IMG/VR virus record: IMGVR_UViG_3300036768_000707
Coordinates: 1 to 59,314 of that record
Reading direction: 5' to 3' (one strand)
Source of the DNA: a virus
Lineage: Duplodnaviria > Caudoviricetes
Length of the DNA stretch: 59,314 bases
In this document: in pieces, positions 53,575-59,314 of the stretch
How the letters are laid out: the number at the start of each line of letters is the position of its first letter
Numbering within the stretch: position 1 is the stretch's first letter
Program-made: the position numbers and the translations under genes
The notes under the pieces: generated by a model
Told to the model about the DNA's origin: nothing
The model's database searches: none
Seen by the model: the letters and a program-made list of their open reading frames with translations, nothing else

Positions 53575-54404
53575 GGTTTGACGAACTTGCTCAGGTCGTT
53601 GAGCTGCTGTTCCAGTCTCTGGATACGTGCGAGCTGCTCTGCGTCTTGCTGTTGGTTCGTGTAGAAATCACGCGCGAGGGGGAAGAACGCACGCCCGAAC
53701 TCGTTGATCTGTAGCGCGTGATTCCAGACGATTCCCGCGAGCTCGTTGAACTTCTCTTGTGATACACCCATGAGATCCTCCAAGATTCTTGCTCGTGGCC
53801 ATGCAGGACCCGGACAGTGCGCACGGTTGATGGGATCGATCTGGAAGTGGCCAACGAGCATCTCGTCGCCTTCTTCCATTGGCATGCCAGCGGAAGCCAG
53901 CTCCTGCAGACACCACTCTTTCACTCTGACGCTTGACTCGATCTGCGCGTCTGTCCACGGTTGACTCTGATTGTTCTCATCCTCGTGCTCGATCGTGATA
54001 CAGTGGCTGTTGATCACGTTGATCGAGCCAGAGATGAGAGCGTAGGCGCGCGTCCCTGCGTACGTGACAGGGAGCCATTGTCCGTACGCTTCGAGTGTGC
54101 GAAGTCGCGTATTCGACCTGTCGAACAGCCTGTAATCTCCGGACACGCCATTACCCCACGATGCGTCGAAGATGTTCGTGTACTGGTCGATCGAACCATC
54201 TCGTCCAATACCGAAGTGCACACCGACCCAGTTCTCGTGCCTCCACGTGTCGTCATCCAGTGTGCGCTTGTAGCCCCCCATCGTGTGGTCGACGAAGAAC
54301 CACGGAAGATTACCACCCCGCGATCCCGCTGGATAGCCGAATGGCCCCTCGTGAAGATAGCCTCTGTGTTGAGTTGCGAATGGGCACCAACCGCGCTCTG
54401 TCAC
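53571..54404 (-). CDS. Endolysin, N-acetylmuramoyl-L-alanine amidase
   Basis: VDHTMGG, HFGIGRDG.I.QY, N...ITIEHE, GHFQI...CPG; GTG start overlaps the holin stop. Confidence 0.88.
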   Translation of the reverse strand: MTERGWCPFATQHRGYLHEGPFGYPAGSRGGNLPWFFVDHTMGGYKRTLDDDTWRHENWVGVHFGIGRDGSIDQYTNIFDASWGNGVSGDYRLFDRSNTRLRTLEAYGQWLPVTYAGTRAYALISGSINVINSHCITIEHEDENNQSQPWTDAQIESSVRVKEWCLQELASAGMPMEEGDEMLVGHFQIDPINRAHCPGPAWPRARILEDLMGVSQEKFNELAGIVWNHALQINEFGRAFFPLARDFYTNQQQDAEQLARIQRLEQQLNDLSKFVKP

Positions 54405-54622
54405 TGTGGCCTCTTGCCGAACAGGATCGCGATCACGGGACGTACGGCTGCTGCTGCAAGGGCGAGCGCATACGTCTCCCAATCGCGTTCATCAACCGGC
54501 ATGGTCGTCACGCTGATGATGTATGCTGCTGCTCCATTGAGTGCCGCCCAGACGAGTTCTGCGGGGCGCAGCTCGTACTCGAAGACTCCGACTTCTGTGA
54601 TGAGCTTCTTCAGCCAGTCCAT
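54401..54622 (-). CDS. Putative holin
   Basis: 73 aa with two hydrophobic segments, directly upstream of the endolysin. Confidence 0.65.
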   Translation of the reverse strand: MDWLKKLITEVGVFEYELRPAELVWAALNGAAAYIISVTTMPVDERDWETYALALAAAAVRPVIAILFGKRPQ

Positions 54623-54644
54623 GGTTTTTTCCTCCTTTTATCGA

Positions 54645-54923
54645 CTACCTGCCTTGAAAGGCTTGGATCGCGACATTGATGCCGAGAAGTACAGCTGAGA
54701 ATGCGAACGTGATCGCTCCAGTGATGAACCAGTTCCTGATCCGCGCGAGCTCTGTCCGCATCTCATTCCGCAGCCTATCGATGGAAGCTTCCAGTTCGTA
54801 GATGGAAACTTCGAACGTGTCCGCATCGTCTTCAAGAAGCTGGACACGGATTGGATCAGAGAACGTATGGCGCCGCTGTGTCCTGCTCTCCTTCGAAGAC
54901 ACTGGATGATTCCCCTCGTACAA
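54645..54923 (-). CDS. Coiled-coil plus C-terminal transmembrane protein (lysis-associated)
   Basis: Coiled coil then WFITGAITFAFSAVLLGINV. Confidence 0.55.
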   Translation of the reverse strand: MYEGNHPVSSKESRTQRRHTFSDPIRVQLLEDDADTFEVSIYELEASIDRLRNEMRTELARIRNWFITGAITFAFSAVLLGINVAIQAFQGR

Positions 54924-54988
54924 CCTCTTTTCTCTCCCCCCTCATACATCATGCATGATCGCGAGGAGTCAGTTCTCGACTGAGCTCC

Positions 54989-55384
54989 CTATCTCTTGGC
55001 CGAAAGCCGAAGCACAGCTGGGCCATATGCGATCAGGCTCTCATCCCCGGGGTCTTCTGTATACAGAGCATAGCTATAGTCCCCGGGGGGGATGAGCACC
55101 GCGCCTGTCGTTGCATTGACCGTATCCGTCGCGAGCACCCTGACCTCGATACCATCGTTCGTCACGGTATCTGCTGGGTCGAAGTCGTAAAGCGTGATCT
55201 GCCCCGCCGAAGACTTCTTCTGGAGGAGCAGTGTGCCATCTGCATCGTCGCGGACGTCGAACTGCAGCGAGTGGCCAGACATGTCCTTTGGCTTGTCGTC
55301 CGCGTCGAGTGCTCGCCACTGAAACGCGATATCGACTCCCGCGAACCACTTCTTCGCTGCATCGATCGGAGCATACTTTGCCAT
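54989..55384 (-). CDS. BppU-like tail-associated protein
   Basis: KPKDMSG..LQFDVR...G.I.V....DT...GDYSY pattern. Confidence 0.55.
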   Translation of the reverse strand: MAKYAPIDAAKKWFAGVDIAFQWRALDADDKPKDMSGHSLQFDVRDDADGTLLLQKKSSAGQITLYDFDPADTVTNDGIEVRVLATDTVNATTGAVLIPPGDYSYALYTEDPGDESLIAYGPAVLRLSAKR

Positions 55385-55398
55385 CTCTAACTCCCTTC

Positions 55399-57669
55399 TT
55401 AGCCTACTAGCACAGGAGGTGTGTACGAGCCCTCGCCAACGAACATCTCGGGCGTGTATGAGCCTACACCGACAACTAGCTTAGGCACGTAAGACCCTGT
55501 CCCCACGAAGACCTGCGTCGAGAGCGTGCGCATGACTTCAGCTGTGAGCGAAGATGTGCCGGAGAGTGATGCGCTCGTGCGCAGCGTGAGCACTCCGGCC
55601 GCAACGACCGTCGTCGTGCCCGAAAGCGTCGCAGCCCCAGACACAGTGTGTGCGACAGTGCCCGAAGCAGTGAGCTGTGACGTTGCTGTGACGGTGACGA
55701 CTGCACCTCTGACGATGACAGGGGCGGCCGTCAGTTGGGAGGTTGCGACGAGCGCCGCCGAAGTACTGCGCGTGACAGCGCCTTGGGCAGTTACTGTTGA
55801 CGTTGCGGACGCTGCTGCTGAAGCGGTATGCGCGATACTGGCCTGCGCCGTAACCGTCCCGGCCGCCGCGGCCGTCGCTGAAGCAGCGTGCGCGCACGTG
55901 CCGAAGGCAACGAGTGTTGATGATGCCGCGAGTGCTGCGGCTCCTGCACGCGTGACAGCCCCCTCCGCCCCGACCGTCCCGGCTGCCGTGACCGTCGCCG
56001 ATGCTGCGTGCGCGACAACTCCCTGCGCTGTGATAGTTGACGTTGCAGCGAGTGCCGCAGACCCAGCAACGCCTCCGCCCCCGGGCGTCGTGACGGTGCC
56101 GTCTGCGACGACTGTCCCCACCCCTGAGAGCTGCGCCTGTGCGGCATGCGTAGCCTGTGCTGTAGCTACGACAGCACCGAGCCCCGCGAGTGAGGCTTGG
56201 GCGTGATGCGTGACGGCTGCTGATGCTGAACACGTCGTGGCACCCGAAAGCGACGTCTCCGCGGAGTGCGTGACAACGGCTATCGCTGATACTGATGACG
56301 CACCCGCGATCTGCGTCTGTGCTGCATGCACGACCTGCGGTGTAGGCGCGATCGTGCCTTGCGCTGAAACAGTTGCCGCACCTGACCGCACCAGCCCTGG
56401 TGCTGCGACGACTGCTCCCGCCGCCGCAAGAGCTCCCTGTGCGGTATGCGCGACAGTGGGAGTGAGCGTCAGTGTTGCAGTTGCAGAGATTGCCGCGGCT
56501 GCACGTCGTACAGCTTCTGCCTGAGCAACAAGCGCTCCCTGCGCTGTGAGTGCGGCAGCTGCGCCGCGTGCGCATACAGCGCTAGCACTGGCACTTCCTA
56601 CGCCCTGGAGCCCAGCTTGAGCCCCACGCGTGACAGTCGCTGTTGCGACGAGTGCTGACGCGCCCGACAGGGCTGCATCAGCTACATGCGTGACAGAAGC
56701 TGTTGCCTGAAGAGTTGCCGACGAAGAAGGATGGCTCTCCGCAGTGTGAGCGACTGTCGCGTTCGTCGAGATCGTCGAGCTTGCAGATAGTACCGCATCG
56801 CCTGACTGTGTACCGCCTGCGGTCTCATCGAAGTCCAAGCCTCCGAACGTGTTGCCGCCGAAGACGAACGAGCCAAACGTGTTCGCAGAGCGAGGCGGAG
56901 GTGGTGGAGGGGCTCCTGCCCCCTCCACCAGCGACGCATCTGTGTCGATCCGCGCGCGGCCAATCGTACGTACGTTCTGGGGGACAACTGCGCTAACATC
57001 TCCACGGATAAGCGTTGGTGCAGATGCGTCAACGAGCGTCCCGCGGGAACCAGAGATCAGATCTCGGTAGCCTGACGCAGACGCTACATCTACATGGAAG
57101 ACAAGCCCCTTCGGCCTGTAGTCAGGATCAAACCGTTTCGCTGCGATCGCAGTGATTTCTGCCTGCGTGAGCGCCCTGTTCCAGATACGGGCGAAGATGA
57201 TATCACCGTCGCCCTTTCCTCCTGTCCAGTTGTCTCCGCCAAGGCGGACGCCGAGCCCTGACTGGTTTGCAGGTGTCGGGACATTGCTGTTCGTGCCTCC
57301 AGCAGTGAGCTTCCAGCCCTGATCTGAACGAGCATAGAAACTGGTCGCTGTCCCGCCCGGTGTGTACGCACACACGTACCAGACCCAGATGTTCGTCAGG
57401 ACAGGGATTGAGCCGTATGGGCCAGTATCTTGAACCCAGAGTCCGTAGTTCGACCCGCCATCAGAGCCGAGATACCAGTTGTTCGCTTGTCCGTAACCGA
57501 AGATCTCCCCGAAGTTGGCCGTTGTCCGGAGGCAGAACATGATCTCGACCGTAAATGGGGTCGAGCCTCCGTTCGGAACGTTCGGAACTGCACCAAAATC
57601 GAGCCGGCTTCCAGACGATACGAACGAGAGCGCCGACACCGCACGAACAGGAGTCGGACGCTTAGGCAT
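55399..57669 (-). CDS. LamG/concanavalin-A-like domain fibre protein with Ala/Thr/Ser-rich repeats
   Basis: FTVEI...WVWYVCAY...GDIIFARIWNRALTQAEI; about 20-aa A/T/S/V repeats. Confidence 0.7.
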   Translation of the reverse strand: MPKRPTPVRAVSALSFVSSGSRLDFGAVPNVPNGGSTPFTVEIMFCLRTTANFGEIFGYGQANNWYLGSDGGSNYGLWVQDTGPYGSIPVLTNIWVWYVCAYTPGGTATSFYARSDQGWKLTAGGTNSNVPTPANQSGLGVRLGGDNWTGGKGDGDIIFARIWNRALTQAEITAIAAKRFDPDYRPKGLVFHVDVASASGYRDLISGSRGTLVDASAPTLIRGDVSAVVPQNVRTIGRARIDTDASLVEGAGAPPPPPPRSANTFGSFVFGGNTFGGLDFDETAGGTQSGDAVLSASSTISTNATVAHTAESHPSSSATLQATASVTHVADAALSGASALVATATVTRGAQAGLQGVGSASASAVCARGAAAALTAQGALVAQAEAVRRAAAAISATATLTLTPTVAHTAQGALAAAGAVVAAPGLVRSGAATVSAQGTIAPTPQVVHAAQTQIAGASSVSAIAVVTHSAETSLSGATTCSASAAVTHHAQASLAGLGAVVATAQATHAAQAQLSGVGTVVADGTVTTPGGGGVAGSAALAATSTITAQGVVAHAASATVTAAGTVGAEGAVTRAGAAALAASSTLVAFGTCAHAASATAAAAGTVTAQASIAHTASAAASATSTVTAQGAVTRSTSAALVATSQLTAAPVIVRGAVVTVTATSQLTASGTVAHTVSGAATLSGTTTVVAAGVLTLRTSASLSGTSSLTAEVMRTLSTQVFVGTGSYVPKLVVGVGSYTPEMFVGEGSYTPPVLVG

Positions 57670-57672
57670 GTG

Positions 57673-58113
57673 CTACACCGTCTGCAAGCTGTGCGGTCGC
57701 ATCTTCAGTGTGTTGCCCGATGCTGCCATCGCCTGTCCTGCGGAGTTCACGATGAGTGCTTTCCACAGACCTGGGGGCAAGACAATATCCGGCAACACGA
57801 TACGCTGTGCCGACGTGACCGCCCGTATCTCGAACGCGCCAACAAACGCTGAGTTCGGAGGCGCAACGCTCGACGAGCCGTCAGAGAAGTTCGTACCGTC
57901 CGCTGCACGAAGCAGATAGAGATCGACAGTAGCTCCTGTTGAAGGGCTCACACCGAATGTCACAACAAGTTCAAAGTCGCCATACAGATCAGCAGCTGTC
58001 GTATCTCCACCAAACGAGGAAGAAAGTGCGCGTGCACCGCTCGCAAGGCTATTTAGCTCAGTCGTCATGACCGAGACAAGTGTGCCGTACGTGTTCTGTT
58101 TGATAATGGCCAT
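57673..58113 (-). CDS. Virion structural / fibre-associated protein
   Basis: Beta-rich ORF with GGGAGAG SD in the fibre block. Confidence 0.55.
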   Translation of the reverse strand: MAIIKQNTYGTLVSVMTTELNSLASGARALSSSFGGDTTAADLYGDFELVVTFGVSPSTGATVDLYLLRAADGTNFSDGSSSVAPPNSAFVGAFEIRAVTSAQRIVLPDIVLPPGLWKALIVNSAGQAMAASGNTLKMRPHSLQTV

Positions 58114-58135
58114 CTCTTCTCCCTCCCCGCTCTAA

Positions 58136-59314
58136 CTACGAGAACATCGGTGCGCGCAACTTCACAATGAAGCGTGGGAGCACCTTCGGAGCAGCGCCGA
58201 AGATCGGCTGCACAGCTCCCGCATCTGCAAGCGTCCCGCTAATCGATGTGGAAACCGACTGGAATCCATTCACTGTAGATGCCGAGACAGTGGGCAGTGC
58301 GTTGCCGACAGGAAGAGGAGGCCACGTCATGCCCGCGCCAGCAATCACGCGGTACGTTGCTGCCGCGCCCTGCGACACGCCCGAAAGCCAGTACCATCCC
58401 GGTCGAAGTAACTGATAGCAGTTAGTCGCTACCTTATAGCCTGTCGTTGATGTATCCACTTGCCCGAAGTCCGCGATGAGCCTTCCGGGCTTCGTGTGCG
58501 AAGAGTCAGGATAGTAGATTCCAAGACGACACTTTCCACTCGCTATCGCTGTCGTCACTTCGACGCCAATGCCAGTGAGAATGCAGAGCCTCTGGACATA
58601 GAAGGGAGCGAAGAACTGCTGGTTGAGTGTAGTAGCTCCTGTACCTAATGTTCCAGTAGGGACGAATATCCACTCGTCGTCCGCGATTCCCGTAATCCAG
58701 TCACGCGAGTACTGAGTCCACGCGCCCTGCACAGCAGCCATCTGGTAATCGACGGGCTTCGGCATGCGCGAAAAGGCACGGTAGATGTGATCAGCATATG
58801 CAGCATGGCCAAGATTGCTAAGATGCAGGCCGTCGGTGTGCATCCAGTCAGCGGCGCCGAGCCAGTCATCCGTCGCATGCGTCTGCTTCGTTGACCCCAA
58901 CGCACCACGCAGTAATGTCAGTGTGTAGTTCGGGTGAGAGCCAGAGACAGCCTGCACGATCATCAGTTCGGGCGCAGTCGAAGTGTAGCCTGCGGCAACG
59001 AGTGCGCCAACAGTCGGCGCCCAGGCGCTACTGTTCGCGATGAACGGGACATTTGCCGTTGTCGTATCCGTCGCGTTCATCGTAAATCCAGAGCCGCCGA
59101 TCTTACCTGCCCGCTCATGCGATGGCGTCCAGACATCCGCGACCTGTACCCAGTTGCTGCCGTCTGATTCCGCAAACTCAGCAACAACGGAGGTCGTTGC
59201 GTAATTGAACCAAGTTGGGTTATTTGGATCTCCAGACCAGGCAGCAATCGAGAAGCCCGCACCGTTGTTCTTGTACTCATACTCATGGACATTCGTCACA
59301 ACAGTCGGGGGAGG
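58136..59314 (-). CDS. Tail spike/fibre with SGNH-hydrolase-like motif (5' end outside window)
   Basis: DGLHLSNLGHAAYA (SGNH block V DxxH); ORF appears open to the window edge. Confidence 0.6.
   Translation of the reverse strand, partial: PPPTVVTNVHEYEYKNNGAGFSIAAWSGDPNNPTWFNYATTSVVAEFAESDGSNWVQVADVWTPSHERAGKIGGSGFTMNATDTTTANVPFIANSSAWAPTVGALVAAGYTSTAPELMIVQAVSGSHPNYTLTLLRGALGSTKQTHATDDWLGAADWMHTDGLHLSNLGHAAYADHIYRAFSRMPKPVDYQMAAVQGAWTQYSRDWITGIADDEWIFVPTGTLGTGATTLNQQFFAPFYVQRLCILTGIGVEVTTAIASGKCRLGIYYPDSSHTKPGRLIADFGQVDTSTTGYKVATNCYQLLRPGWYWLSGVSQGAAATYRVIAGAGMTWPPLPVGNALPTVSASTVNGFQSVSTSISGTLADAGAVQPIFGAAPKVLPRFIVKLRAPMFS

Overview
The window is most of a tailed dsDNA (siphovirus-like) phage genome, almost all encoded on the minus strand. 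The tape-measure gene is cut at the left edge and a tail-spike-like gene at the right edge, so the missing part probably joins the two ends. Modules: tail, neck and head genes with portal and terminase large subunit (1-16.5 kb); a GC-rich accessory region of small genes (16.8-33 kb); a 7-deazaguanine DNA-modification pathway (PRTase-FolE fusion, QueE, QueD, QueC, DpdA-like) interleaved with a replisome (primase-helicase, VRR-NUC, SSB-like, AAA ATPase, PD-(D/E)XK nuclease, UDG-PolA fusion, SNF2 helicase, beta clamp; 34-50.5 kb); and lysis, secreted and fibre genes (50.8-59.3 kb). The standout is at 20.9-22.6 kb: a nuclease-less Nop/IS110-C-terminal-domain protein followed by a dual-repeat array of about 36-nt units (GAGCGAGCCG-N8-10-GAGAGYGCCG-N8-10; 8+4 units, split by an inserted gene). 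This is the architecture of a TIGR-TasA RNA-guided system. Ten TTGACA-N18-TA(T)nnT-type promoters carrying the palindrome ACGTCA-NN-TGACGT form a phage-wide regulon, probably controlled by an XRE repressor. No integrase, tRNA or CRISPR array was seen. All assignments are from motif recognition by eye; no database searches were run.
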